A stretch of 64,000 nt of DNA from Candidatus Methylomirabilota bacterium (GCA_035936835.1 DASYVT010000069.1:6800-70799); one strand, 5' to 3'; positions 41,129-50,189 are shown, counted from the stretch's first letter. Made by a program: numbers and translations. Notes: generated from the sequence alone by a model not told the origin.

Positions 41129-41389
41129 TTGGCGGGATCGGCGCCTCGCGATACCATCGTGTCGGTGGCGAGCGACATCCCCCGCATCTCTCCCAACGAA
41201 CGGTCTGCATGGGCGGCCGCCGACGCCTATGGCTGCGACATGTCCTTGCTGGAAAGCAGTCTCCACAGGACGCCGTCGGAACGACTCAGGGTGCTCGGCC
41301 GGGCCCTGGCGGCCGCGCTCGCGTTGAGAGAGGCCACGGAGCGCCGCGCTGTCGGATCTTGTGGGGGATTATTAGTCCCGAAGATGTGA
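41129..41389 (+). CDS. hypothetical small protein (weak call)
   Basis: TTG-start ORF divergent from the NTase gene. The central part (SLLESSLHRTPSERLRVLGRALAAALALREA) looks protein-like, but the end of the ORF runs into AT-rich sequence. Confidence 0.25.
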   Translation: MAGSAPRDTIVSVASDIPRISPNERSAWAAADAYGCDMSLLESSLHRTPSERLRVLGRALAAALALREATERRAVGSCGGLLVPKM

Positions 41390-41612
41390 ACTCATGCCTA
41401 GATCACTCACTCGGAAAGGAGAAGAGTCTCAATTCCTCAATCTCTAGGATCGGCTCAAGCCGGCTCTGCAAGGAAGTGCGCAGACGGACTACTACTGGGA
41501 CGACTACTGGGACGACGACCCGACACATTTCAACGTCGCGGGGAACCGGCCGTGAGCTGAAGAGTTGATTCGATTTCTCGTAAACGAGCACCGGGAACCG
41601 CTCAGCCGTTGT

Positions 41613-42959
41613 CTAGCCTCTGTCGGCGCAGAGTGCGCGCCCTGCCTTGGCCGCGATGGCCTCCGCGTCGGAGACACTTATCGCCGATCCGACGAAGTCA
41701 AGATCGAGCAAGGCATACGCAAAGCCACTTGAAAGGCGAGGGACACAGCCCGTCTGCCGAGCCGCGAGAACTTCGGACCTCTCACGGGCCAGCATCCCCT
41801 CGACGGACGCCATGGGTCCTTCGGTTACGGAACGTGCCATGAGCAAGGACACAGTCATGAACACCACGCCCAGCGCCGCACTGACCCCCAAAATGAGGAC
41901 CAACCTTCGCGCAAGTGTCCTGGAAACTTCCGTGCGCAGGAGTTCAAATACCATGCCGGCGGACACGGCCGCCAGAGCCGGGGCGACGTAGCGGTACTCG
42001 GGAACCCACGTCGACATCAAAAACGGCGCGGTCAGCGCTATCGAAAACGACAAGCCGAAGGCAGAACGGATTTCAGCCCGACGCCACCCGCGACGAAGAA
42101 CCAACCAAGCCTGGGTGGCCAACCCCAACGTCAGGGCCCCCAGAAATGGAGCGAGCCGCAAGAGATTGTAGAACCAGGATCCAAGACTCGACGGCGTGGA
42201 CAGCACGGTGTGCTCAGCCGCGATGCTGAGCATGACATCGGCCCCTTCGCTCCAGTTCACTGGGTCAAACGTCCAACTCGAGAAGGACCCTGCCAGTGCC
42301 GCCAGGACCACCAGTCCCAGAGGACCCGCTGAGCGCCGCTGGCCCATGAACAGGCCCCAGCCCAGAGTCATGGCCGCGGCCAGAGCCAGACATATGCTCC
42401 ACTCCTGCTTACCGACGAAGCCGAGGACAAGGCCCGAAAGCGCCCACGCTGAAACACCGCCGGCCTGGACCGCGATTGCCAGAATTCCACAAGCCAACCA
42501 CCCGACCGTGGTGTCTACCTGCAAGTAGAGAGATCCCCCTACGGCCAGCGGACTGATCAACATGGCCAAATAGGCGGCGATCGCAATCCCCTGCGTACGC
42601 TCTCGCCGCCAGGGAACGGTGACTGCCAGGGTCACCCAAAAAGCCAGTTGAAAGAGGCTGTTCAAACTCCGGATCGCCATGTCAGACGACATGCTTGGGA
42701 CGGGCGTCCAGCCATACCTTCGGGCCAGGCTTCCCAAGTGGGTCATGGATTCGTAGAGCGGAGCCGGATGGCTCAGCGGCGCGCGCAGGGGGATGCCGTT
42801 GATCCGTGCCATGAGCCCGTAGTCGGGGCCCGGGGGAGAATTGAGGTAGAGATCCGCGAAGATCCCCTCCTCACCCACCAGTGGTTGCGCGAGGAAGGGG
42901 GCACGGAACACCCAGAACACCAGGATGGTCAACGCCACCATCGCTGGTCTAGTCGGCAT
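41613..42959 (-). CDS. polytopic integral membrane protein, possibly GT-C-like
   Basis: 448 aa with at least 10 hydrophobic segments. An acidic motif follows TM1 (PLVGEEGIFADLY), as in GT-C enzymes. Codon usage is visibly less GC-biased than in its neighbours. Confidence 0.65.
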   Translation of the reverse strand: MPTRPAMVALTILVFWVFRAPFLAQPLVGEEGIFADLYLNSPPGPDYGLMARINGIPLRAPLSHPAPLYESMTHLGSLARRYGWTPVPSMSSDMAIRSLNSLFQLAFWVTLAVTVPWRRERTQGIAIAAYLAMLISPLAVGGSLYLQVDTTVGWLACGILAIAVQAGGVSAWALSGLVLGFVGKQEWSICLALAAAMTLGWGLFMGQRRSAGPLGLVVLAALAGSFSSWTFDPVNWSEGADVMLSIAAEHTVLSTPSSLGSWFYNLLRLAPFLGALTLGLATQAWLVLRRGWRRAEIRSAFGLSFSIALTAPFLMSTWVPEYRYVAPALAAVSAGMVFELLRTEVSRTLARRLVLILGVSAALGVVFMTVSLLMARSVTEGPMASVEGMLARERSEVLAARQTGCVPRLSSGFAYALLDLDFVGSAISVSDAEAIAAKAGRALCADRG

Positions 42960-43202
42960 TAACCGGGATTTCCGATATGGACCGATTTCCGCCCCCCTTA
43001 GCGGCGTCCACCGGGCAGACCGTCCCCGGCGGTCAGCTCATTCAGCCCTCCCGACAGGTTGATCACAGTCCTTCTGGTGAACCCTGGGGCCTGTGCGACT
43101 TAGTGCTTCCGGGTTTGGTCACTCCGCTGTGTGTTTCAGGGACACCACCGTTACATCGCCGTTCACCGCTCATTCCCTCGCCCCCGGTCGTGCGCTCCGG
43201 AT

Positions 43203-44427
43203 CACGTCGGGTGCCACGCAAGGCGTTCAATGTGCCCGAGAATCTGCCCAAACAGACTTCGCGTCAAGTGGCTTTCGGCCAGTTGGAGTATGAGGTACCG
43301 GGCATGCCGGATCAGGCGCCCGCCGTCTTGACGAGCCGCTGTTGGAGGCTCGTCAGGGACCAGCGCTGGATGGCGAGGGGCAGGACGAGCCGCCGCAGAA
43401 GATTGCCGAGATTGTACGCGATGATCCCCAGGAGCAACCGCACCTCATCGGCCCGGAGGCGGTGGCAGGAGAGGCAGATCCAATGAGTGGCTTCTTTACC
43501 CTCCTTGATCCACTTCTCCACCGTCCCGCGCTGGTTGTGGAAGCAGCCGACGGCGCGGTTCGTCCCGGTCAAGGTGGTGACACGGTGGTGACGATGAGCA
43601 AGTCCTCGACGGCCCGCTCCAGCACGTCATTGGCCGGGAGCCGGACGGCATACGCCACGCCGCTCCAGCGCCTCGTCCACGACGGGGAGGGTAAAGGCCG
43701 CGTCGGCGCGGAGGACGACGGCCTGCCCTGGAGCCTGGCACCGGTCTATGACGGGGAGGAGGATCTGCTCCCAGCCGTTCGCACTGTGGCCGTTGCTTGG
43801 CCGGAGCGTGGCGGCCAGGCAGTCGCCGTGCTGATTGAACACAAACAGCGGGTGATAGCAAGCGGACTCGACGTGATCGTTTTAGGCTGACTGCTCTTGC
43901 GCGCCGTGGACCGAACTCTCGGAGCTGTTGATATCGAGCGTCACGCGGCGGGTGCACGGCCGGGTGGCATCGTGCTGCACCAGGTCCGTATTGAAGCGCG
44001 CGAGTCCCTGATAGTTCCACTCCCCGCTCAGGACTTCCGTCTCGAACCAGTGGAGCGTCGAGGTGAGCGCGATGCTCGCCTCCCTCCGCTTGCGCGAGGC
44101 CAGCATCCGACAGGTCGGATCTTCGGCCAGCCGTTCAGCATCGTTGGTATCCTGGTACCCTGCCAGACGGCTATAGATGGACTATTGGAACAGGTCCGCC
44201 AGAGGGAATTGGCGGTTACGTCCCGTGCGGGGATCGGTGAGGTGTCGCTCGATCAGGGCCCTCAGGCCGAGCCGCTCGTCCAACTCGCGTGGCAACAGCA
44301 GCCCGGCGTCGGAGGTCACCGTCGCGCCATGGAACTCGACGCGGAGTTGGGGGTTGAACCAGAGGCGAACCGGGCCCGGTTTCGCGTCACCTGTTGGGTG
44401 GTGCCCTCCGCACCAGCGAGGAGCCAC
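43203..44427 (-). mobile_element. IS1380-family transposase gene, degraded (at least 4 frame disruptions)
   Basis: Five consecutive minus-strand frame pieces carry IS1380-like segments: VEFHGATVTSDAGLLLPRELDERLGL; LDINSSESSVHGAQEQSA; FNQHGDCLAATLRPSNGHSANGWEQILLPVIDR; FHNQRGTVEKWIKEGK...LSCHRLRADEVRLLLGIIAYNLGNLLRRL...WSLTSLQQRLVKTAGA; and RLIRHARYLILQLAESHL (read by hand). Terminal inverted repeats were not located. Confidence 0.8.
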
Positions 44428-44548
44428 CGAGAGCCGCGTTTCATGCGGGTGTTGAGCGATTGTCGCCCGGTCCGTTCACCTTTCAAATCCAAAATGTGGG
44501 CTTGAGTCCCTCCTTGATCGGCAGATACGCCACGCGGTCGAGTTCGTC

Positions 44549-44974
44549 GTGGTCGGAGGGTTTGCGGCCGTCGCCCATGGCGTCACGCTGCTCACACAGG
44601 ATATCGACGTCTGCTGCCCAGTCACTCCCGACAACCTCATGCGCCTCCAGGCCGCGCTCGCCGACCTCCACCCGGTTCACCGGAAGCCACCCGCGAGACC
44701 GCCACTGCGCCTCACCCTGGAGACCGCGACCGAGTTCCGGAACCTGTACCTGGAGACGGACTGGGGGCAGCTCGACTGCCTTGGCGAGATCCTGGGCGTG
44801 GGCGACTACGATCGCGCTCTCGCTCAGAGCCTCGAGATCCAGCTCGCGGGTGGTCCCTGCCGGATTCTCCCCATTGATGCCCTCGTCCAAGCGAAGCAGG
44901 CGATGGGGCGGGACAAGGATCGCGAGACCATTCTCCAGCTCCGTGCGATCCAGGAGCGGACCCGTGGTCGGTGA
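44549..44974 (+). CDS. minimal nucleotidyltransferase-fold protein, probably 5'-truncated
   Basis: VGGFAAVAHGVTLLTQDIDVC (GG-x12-DxD) and KQAMGRDKDRETILQL. The in-frame upstream codons (LESLLDRQIRHAVEFVV) look like genuine N-terminus but have no start codon. They abut the IS1380 relic. Confidence 0.55.
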   Translation: MVGGFAAVAHGVTLLTQDIDVCCPVTPDNLMRLQAALADLHPVHRKPPARPPLRLTLETATEFRNLYLETDWGQLDCLGEILGVGDYDRALAQSLEIQLAGGPCRILPIDALVQAKQAMGRDKDRETILQLRAIQERTRGR

Positions 44975-45092
44975 CCAGGTGGAATCGGGGGTCAGGTTGA
45001 GGTAGCCCGGGCCGTCAGGGCCCGCCTTCCTCGGAGATGCTGTCCCCCTTTTCGGTGTCCACCAAACCCGGGCCACCTCACACCGACCCCGC

Positions 45093-45806
45093 CTAGTAGC
45101 TTTGCGACAGCTCCGTCGCCGAGCGGACTTTGACGAAGTACTCCTTGAAGCGACCGAGGTCGTCCTCGGAGACGAGGTCCGACACCATCACGCAGACGAG
45201 CCCTGACTGCTTCCAGACGATCAGCGTGAATCCGTCGTCCTTGGTCACCAGCGGGCGCCACTTCGCGATCTGGACCCTGCCGCGCTCCGGGATCGCGACG
45301 TTGGGGCCGCGCGCGATGATGTAGCTGACCGAGTGGCCGTCGCGGTCCTGGTAGGTCAGCGCGAGGGCGCGGCGCCCTTCGAGGAAGGTCGGCTGAGCGT
45401 TGACGAGCTGGAGATCCTGGTCGCCCGTGAAGACCCAGTTGAGCAGCACGCCGCTCTCCGCCATCACGCGGGGCAGGGCGCCCGGCACCGCGTCCGGCCG
45501 CGTCTCGCCCCAGAGCACCGCGCGCGCGTGCTCGGTCATGACGGCGCGCGAGAGCAGCTGGAGCGGGTCGTTGCCCGAGCGCGGCAGCGCGGGCGCCAGC
45601 CAGAGCAGCATGACCATGGCGGTGGCGAGCGCGGAGAGCGCGGGCGGCAGCCAGAGCGACGGCCGGCGGCGGCCCTCGGGCGGGCTCAGAGTCTCGACGA
45701 CGGACACGCGCAGGCGCGCGGGCGCTTCGTGCCGTGTCAGGCGCTCGCGCAGGAGCCGCGCGATCTCGTCCGGTTCGCCGCCGTGGTCGTCGATGTTGGT
45801 CGTCAT
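45093..45806 (-). CDS. anti-sigma factor (single-pass membrane protein)
   Basis: Immediately downstream of the ECF sigma gene (4-nt gap). Cytoplasmic N-terminus, one TM helix (LWLPPALSALATAMVMLLWLAPAL) and a periplasmic C-terminal domain. Confidence 0.7.
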   Translation of the reverse strand: MTTNIDDHGGEPDEIARLLRERLTRHEAPARLRVSVVETLSPPEGRRRPSLWLPPALSALATAMVMLLWLAPALPRSGNDPLQLLSRAVMTEHARAVLWGETRPDAVPGALPRVMAESGVLLNWVFTGDQDLQLVNAQPTFLEGRRALALTYQDRDGHSVSYIIARGPNVAIPERGRVQIAKWRPLVTKDDGFTLIVWKQSGLVCVMVSDLVSEDDLGRFKEYFVKVRSATELSQSY

Positions 45807-45810
45807 GTCC

Positions 45811-46332
45811 TCAGACCCTGTCCGGCCCGCCGTAGTCCTTGAGAAGCCCCCGCAACCTGTCCTTGGCCCGGAAGATCCGCGACTTCACCGTGCCGACCGG
45901 GCAGTCCATGATGCGGGCCACCTCCTCGAGCGACAGCCCCTCGACCTCGGCCAGCAGGAGCGGAGTCCGGAACTCTTCCGGCACCAGCGCCAGCGCCCGC
46001 TCCAGATCCATGTGGGCGCCCGCGCTCTCGCCGTCCTCGACCGGGGCGTGGTGGAACATCGGAGCCTCGCCGTCCGGCACGCCCGCCTCGCTGATCGCGG
46101 GCTCGCGCTCGCGGAGGCGGTAAAAGGTCAAGAAGGTGTTCCTCAGGATTTGAAACATCCAGGCGCGCATGTAGGTTCCCGGCTGGAATCGGTGCGAGAA
46201 GCGGAGCGCCCGGGCGTACGTCTCCTGCACCAGGTCCTCGGCTTCCGACCCGTTGCGGGTCAGGTAGACGGCGAGGTTGTAGAGCGCGTCGAGGTGCTTG
46301 AGCGCCTGCTGCCTGAACTCGTCGTCAGCCAC
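45811..46332 (-). CDS. ECF-type RNA polymerase sigma-70 factor
   Basis: Region 2 (EAEDLVQETYARALRF...MRAWMFQILRNTF) and region 4 HTH (LSLEEVARIMDCPVGTVKSRIFRAKDRL). Confidence 0.9.
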   Translation of the reverse strand: MADDEFRQQALKHLDALYNLAVYLTRNGSEAEDLVQETYARALRFSHRFQPGTYMRAWMFQILRNTFLTFYRLREREPAISEAGVPDGEAPMFHHAPVEDGESAGAHMDLERALALVPEEFRTPLLLAEVEGLSLEEVARIMDCPVGTVKSRIFRAKDRLRGLLKDYGGPDRV

Positions 46333-46351
46333 AGCGGGCTCCGACGGCCGG

Positions 46352-46900
46352 CTACTCGAACCACCGGGCCGGCAGGTCGGACGGGCGCACCTCGCGCTCG
46401 TCCGCCAGGGCCTCGAGCAGCTCGCGGATGGTCTGGTAGAGCACCGGGTGCTCGAGCTCGGGCGCGAGGTCGGCGAGCGGCCGCAGGACGAACGCGCGCT
46501 CGTGCATCAGGAGATGCGGGATGTGCAGGTGGTCGGGGCCGCTGATCACCTGGTCGTCGTAGAGGAGGATGTCGATGTCGAGCGTGCGCGGCTCGTAGCG
46601 CTGGTCCTCGGGCCTGCCGGCGCCGCGCGTGCGGCCCATCACGCGCTCCACGTCCTGGACCTGCTCGAGGAGCGCCGGTGGCTCGAGCGTCGTCTCGATC
46701 GAGACGACGCAATTGAAGAACCAGGATTCCTGGTTCCGGGCGCTCTGCCCCGGCCGACGCTCCCACGGCTCGGTCCAGTACACGGGCGAGGCGTCGAGGA
46801 ACTGCACCTCGGGCAGCGTCCGGAGGCGCGCCACGGCCTGGCGCAGCAGCGCGGCGCGGTCGCCCAGATTGGAGCCGACGGAGAGGAACACCTTGGCCAT
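46352..46900 (-). CDS. folK: 2-amino-4-hydroxy-6-hydroxymethyldihydropteridine diphosphokinase
   Basis: MAKVFLSVGSNLGDR..., PRTLDIDILLY, HPLMHERAFVL-type motifs. ATG 46900 is preferred over 46912. Confidence 0.85.
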   Translation of the reverse strand: MAKVFLSVGSNLGDRAALLRQAVARLRTLPEVQFLDASPVYWTEPWERRPGQSARNQESWFFNCVVSIETTLEPPALLEQVQDVERVMGRTRGAGRPEDQRYEPRTLDIDILLYDDQVISGPDHLHIPHLLMHERAFVLRPLADLAPELEHPVLYQTIRELLEALADEREVRPSDLPARWFE

Positions 46901-46931
46901 GCCGTGCCCCATGCCTTGCCGGTGTCGGCGC

Positions 46932-47294
46932 TCAGCGCCGGCGGGTGAGCTCCACGCCCGGAATGCCCTGGAGCCCCTCCATGGGAGGCGTCAGCTTCCG
47001 CACGCGCACGCGCACCTCGGAGCACGGGAACTCGCCCAGCAGCATGGTCGCGAGCCGCCCGGCCAGCCGCTCGAGTAGATTCACGCGCTCCTTGGTCGAC
47101 TCTTCCACGATGCGCGCCGCCACGAGCCCGTAGTCCACGGTCGTCCTGAGATCGTCCGAGGCCGCGGCCGGGGCCAAGTCGACGTGGAGCTCGGCGTCCA
47201 CCGAGAACCACGCGCCGACCGTCTGCTGGGCTTTCGTCACGCCGTGGTGGCCGTAGAAGCGCACGTCTTCGAGGAAGACCTTGTCGGCGCTCAG
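46932..47294 (-). CDS. folB: dihydroneopterin aldolase
   Basis: DKVFLEDVRFYGHHGV...FSVDAEL...DYGLVAARIVE...LLERLA matches FolB. The only codon placed to include the conserved first strand is CTG 47294-47292, overlapping the dapL stop (CTGA). GTG 47264 would truncate it. Start uncertain. Confidence 0.75.
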   Translation of the reverse strand: MSADKVFLEDVRFYGHHGVTKAQQTVGAWFSVDAELHVDLAPAAASDDLRTTVDYGLVAARIVEESTKERVNLLERLAGRLATMLLGEFPCSEVRVRVRKLTPPMEGLQGIPGVELTRRR

Positions 47295-48472
47295 AGCTTG
47301 ACCCCCTTGAGTCGCTCCATGGCCTCGGCCAGACGCTTGGCGTCGATCGTCAGCGCGATCCGATAGAATCCTTCGCCGGACGGGCCGAAGCCCACGCCCG
47401 GGGTGACGACGCACCCGACCTCGTCGAGAAGGCGGGAGGCGAAGGCGCGCGACTCGAGGCCCTTGGGCACGGGCGCCCAGACGAAGAAGGCCGCCTTGGG
47501 CACGTCCACCTCCCAGCCGAGCGCCTTGAGCCCCGCGACCACCACGTCGCGCCGCTCCTGGTAGATCCGCCGGTACTGCTCTGGAATATCCTGCGGCCCC
47601 GTAAGCGCGGCGATGCCGGCTTCCTGCACCGCCTGGAAGACGCCCGAGTCCACGTTGGTCTTGATCTTGCCGAGGCCGGCAAGGTAGCGCGCGTTGCCGA
47701 CGCAGAAGCCGATGCGCCAGCCGGTCATGGAGTAGGTCTTGGACAGCGAGTGGAATTCGACGCCGACTTCCTTGGCGCCCGGCGTCTCGAGGAAGGAGGG
47801 CGGCTTGTAGCCGTCGAAGCGGAGCTCGGTGTACATGGCGTCGTGGCAGACGATGACGCCGTGGCGGCGCGCGAACGCGACTACCATGGCGAAGAACTCG
47901 GAGCTCGCCACCGCGGCCGTCGGATTGTTCGGGTAGTTGAGGTACATGAGCTTGGCCCGGCGCGCCACGTCGTCGGGGATGGCGTCGAGGTCGGGCATGA
48001 AGCCGTTCTGCCGCAGGAGCGGCATGAAGTGGACTTCCCCGCCCGCGAACCACGTCCCCGCCGCGTAGACCGGGTAGCCGGGGTCCGGCACCAGCACCAC
48101 GTCGCCCGGATTGACCCAGGCGAGCGGCATGTGCGCCGTGCCTTCCTTGGAGCCGACCAGCGTCAGCGCCTCGGTCTCGGGGTCGAGCGTCACGCCGAAG
48201 CGCCGCTTGTACCACTGCGCGACGGCCGCGCGGAAGGTCAGCAGCCCTTCGTAGTCGGGGTAGCGATGGTTGGCGGCGTTGTCGGCGGCGCGCTTGAGCG
48301 CCTCGATGATGTGCGGCGGCGTCGGCAGGTCGGGGTCGCCGATGCCCATGTCGATCAGGTCCGCGCCGCGGGCGCGCGCCTCGCGCTTCTTCTTGTCGAT
48401 CTCTGCGAAGAGATAGGGGGGCAGCTTCCGTAGCCGCTCGGCCATCTCGAAGGTTTTGGGTGTCTCGGCCAC
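47291..48472 (-). CDS. dapL: LL-diaminopimelate aminotransferase (class I/II aminotransferase)
   Basis: LPPYLFAEIDKKK..., YLNYPNNPT, SLSKTYSMTGWRIG (PLP lysine). Context with dapB, dapA and lysA. Confidence 0.8.
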   Translation of the reverse strand: MAETPKTFEMAERLRKLPPYLFAEIDKKKREARARGADLIDMGIGDPDLPTPPHIIEALKRAADNAANHRYPDYEGLLTFRAAVAQWYKRRFGVTLDPETEALTLVGSKEGTAHMPLAWVNPGDVVLVPDPGYPVYAAGTWFAGGEVHFMPLLRQNGFMPDLDAIPDDVARRAKLMYLNYPNNPTAAVASSEFFAMVVAFARRHGVIVCHDAMYTELRFDGYKPPSFLETPGAKEVGVEFHSLSKTYSMTGWRIGFCVGNARYLAGLGKIKTNVDSGVFQAVQEAGIAALTGPQDIPEQYRRIYQERRDVVVAGLKALGWEVDVPKAAFFVWAPVPKGLESRAFASRLLDEVGCVVTPGVGFGPSGEGFYRIALTIDAKRLAEAMERLKGVKL

Positions 48473-48484
48473 TGGGACGATCTC

Positions 48485-49243
48485 CTAGAGCTTGATGACG
48501 GGGTTCTTGAGGCTGCCGATGCCGTCGATGCGCACCTCGACGCGGTCGCCGGGCTCGAGCGGGCCCACGCCGGCGGGCGTCCCGGTGGCGATGACGTCGC
48601 CCGGCAGGAGCGTCATGACCGCCGAGACGCGGGCGATGACGTCCTCGACGGGGAAAATGAAGGCCTTGGTGCTGCCGGCCTGGCGCCGCTCGCCGTTGAC
48701 CCACGTCTCGACCTCGACGGCGTTGGGGTCGATGTCGGTCGCGATGCACGGCCCGACGGGGCAGAAGCTGTCGAAGGCCTTTGCCCGCGTCGGCTGGCCG
48801 TCGCGCAGCTGGAGGTCCCGCGCCGTGACGTCGTTGAGACAGGTGTAGCCGAGCACGTACTCGCGCGCCCGCTCGGCCGGGACGTGGCGGCAGCGCTTGC
48901 GGATCACGATGGCCAGCTCGCCCTCGTAGTCCACCCGACTCGACTGGGACGGGTAGATGATCGGGTCGTCCGGCCCGCAGAGCGCCGACAGCGGCTTGAG
49001 GAAGATGACGGGCTCCTCGGGCACCGCGAGACGCATCTCTTCGGCGTGGTCGCGGTAGTTGAGCCCGACCGCCACGATCTTGGATGGCACCACGGGCGCC
49101 AGCAGCACCGCCTGCTTGACCGGGTAGCGCTTTCGCCCCTTCTTGAAGGTGCCGTACGGCGTGCCCGAGTACTCGACGATGTGGGTGCCGTCGAGGACGC
49201 CGTAGCGCGTCTTGCCCGCCGCCTTGAACCGGACGATCTTCAT
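48485..49243 (-). CDS. fumarylacetoacetate hydrolase (FAH) family protein
   Basis: VGLNYRDHAEE, DYEGELAIVI, NDVTARDLQ, LPGDVIATGTPAGVG. Confidence 0.85.
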   Translation of the reverse strand: MKIVRFKAAGKTRYGVLDGTHIVEYSGTPYGTFKKGRKRYPVKQAVLLAPVVPSKIVAVGLNYRDHAEEMRLAVPEEPVIFLKPLSALCGPDDPIIYPSQSSRVDYEGELAIVIRKRCRHVPAERAREYVLGYTCLNDVTARDLQLRDGQPTRAKAFDSFCPVGPCIATDIDPNAVEVETWVNGERRQAGSTKAFIFPVEDVIARVSAVMTLLPGDVIATGTPAGVGPLEPGDRVEVRIDGIGSLKNPVIKL

Positions 49244-49260
49244 GCGCCAGCCTTCCGACC

Positions 49261-49353
49261 CCCTCTCCCCGGAAGGGAGAGGGCGGGGGTAAGGGTGGGT
49301 GGGTGCCCGTGCAACGTCCCCTCACGCTGGCCCTCTCCCCAGAGGGGAGAGGG
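49261..49353. repeat. pair of near-identical perfect hairpins (REP-like) in the FAH-dapB intergenic gap
   Basis: Hairpin 1: CCCTCTCCC-cggaa-GGGAGAGGG (49261-49283). Hairpin 2: CCCTCTCCCC-aga-GGGGAGAGGG (49331-49353). They are separated by a G-rich spacer. Confidence 0.8.
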
Positions 49354-49376
49354 ATATGATGTGCGGCCTCCGGCCG

Positions 49377-50180
49377 TCATGCGAGGCCGAGGACGTCCTG
49401 CATCGAGTAGAGTCCCGGCTTGGCCTGGGCGATGAACCGCGCCGCGCGGAGCGCACCGCGGACGAAGGTGTCGCGGCTCTGCGAGCGGTGCGTGAGCTCC
49501 AGGCGCTCGCCCAGGCTGCCGAAGCTGACCGTGTGCTCGCCGACCACGTCACCCGAGCGGATCGAGTGGATGCCGATCTCCTGCTTCGTGCGCTCGCCGG
49601 GCAGACCGTGGCGGCCGTGCACGCCCACCTTGGTCAGGTCTCGGCCGAGGGCCTCAGCCACGATCTCGGCCATGCGGGCGGCCGTGCCGCTGGGAGCATC
49701 CTTCTTGAAGCGGTGGTGGACCTCGGTGATCTCGACGTCGTAGTCCTCGCCCAGCAGGCGCGCCATGTCGGCCAGCACGCGGAAAGCGACGTTGACGGCC
49801 ACGCTCATGTTGGGCGAGAGCATGATGGGGATCTGGCTCGCGAGCCGTTCGATTTCTTCACGTTGGGCGGCGGCGAAGCCGGTGGTGCCGATCACGGCGC
49901 GGCCGCCCCCGCGCGCGGCCAGGCGCAGGTGGCCCAGGGTCGCGTCGGGGATGGAGAACTCGATGAGGATGCGGTCGCGGCCGAGCATACCCTCGGGATC
50001 GGCGGTGATGGGAACGCCGATCTTGCCCACGCCCGCCACCTCGCCGGCGTCCTTGAGGAGCGCCGGGTGGCCGGGCGCCTCGAGGGCGCCCACCAGGCGG
50101 AGGTCTTTCTCCTCCTGGACGAGCGCGACGAGACGACAGCCCATCCGGCCGGCGGCGCCGGCGATCACGACATCAGCCAT
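49377..50180 (-). CDS. dapB: 4-hydroxy-tetrahydrodipicolinate reductase
   Basis: VVIAGAAGRMG, EVHHRFKKDAPSGTA. Confidence 0.9.
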   Translation of the reverse strand: MADVVIAGAAGRMGCRLVALVQEEKDLRLVGALEAPGHPALLKDAGEVAGVGKIGVPITADPEGMLGRDRILIEFSIPDATLGHLRLAARGGGRAVIGTTGFAAAQREEIERLASQIPIMLSPNMSVAVNVAFRVLADMARLLGEDYDVEITEVHHRFKKDAPSGTAARMAEIVAEALGRDLTKVGVHGRHGLPGERTKQEIGIHSIRSGDVVGEHTVSFGSLGERLELTHRSQSRDTFVRGALRAARFIAQAKPGLYSMQDVLGLA

Positions 50181-50189
50181 CGCGGGGAC

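Noticed and set aside
41403-41591. 62-aa minus-strand ORF and the short GGGACGACTACT-type direct repeats around 41480-41520.
   Set aside because: The ORF translation is low-complexity (VVVPVVVPVVV) and generated by the short repeat itself. There is no start context and no supporting codon bias. The repeat is only about two copies of 12 nt.
46932-49325. Very long ORFs in the six-frame track. Examples: 797 aa on the minus strand here, 1068 aa at 49299-52505 (+), 688 aa at 4909-6975 (-), 663 aa at 6839-8830 (-), 571 aa at 32954-34669 (-).
   Set aside because: Their translations are Arg/Gly/Pro/Ala-rich low-complexity strings typical of off-frame or antisense reading of high-GC DNA. Each is fully covered by recognisable genes in another frame or strand. 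Only the terminal parts matching FolB (46932-47294) and LysA (51246-52505) were kept.
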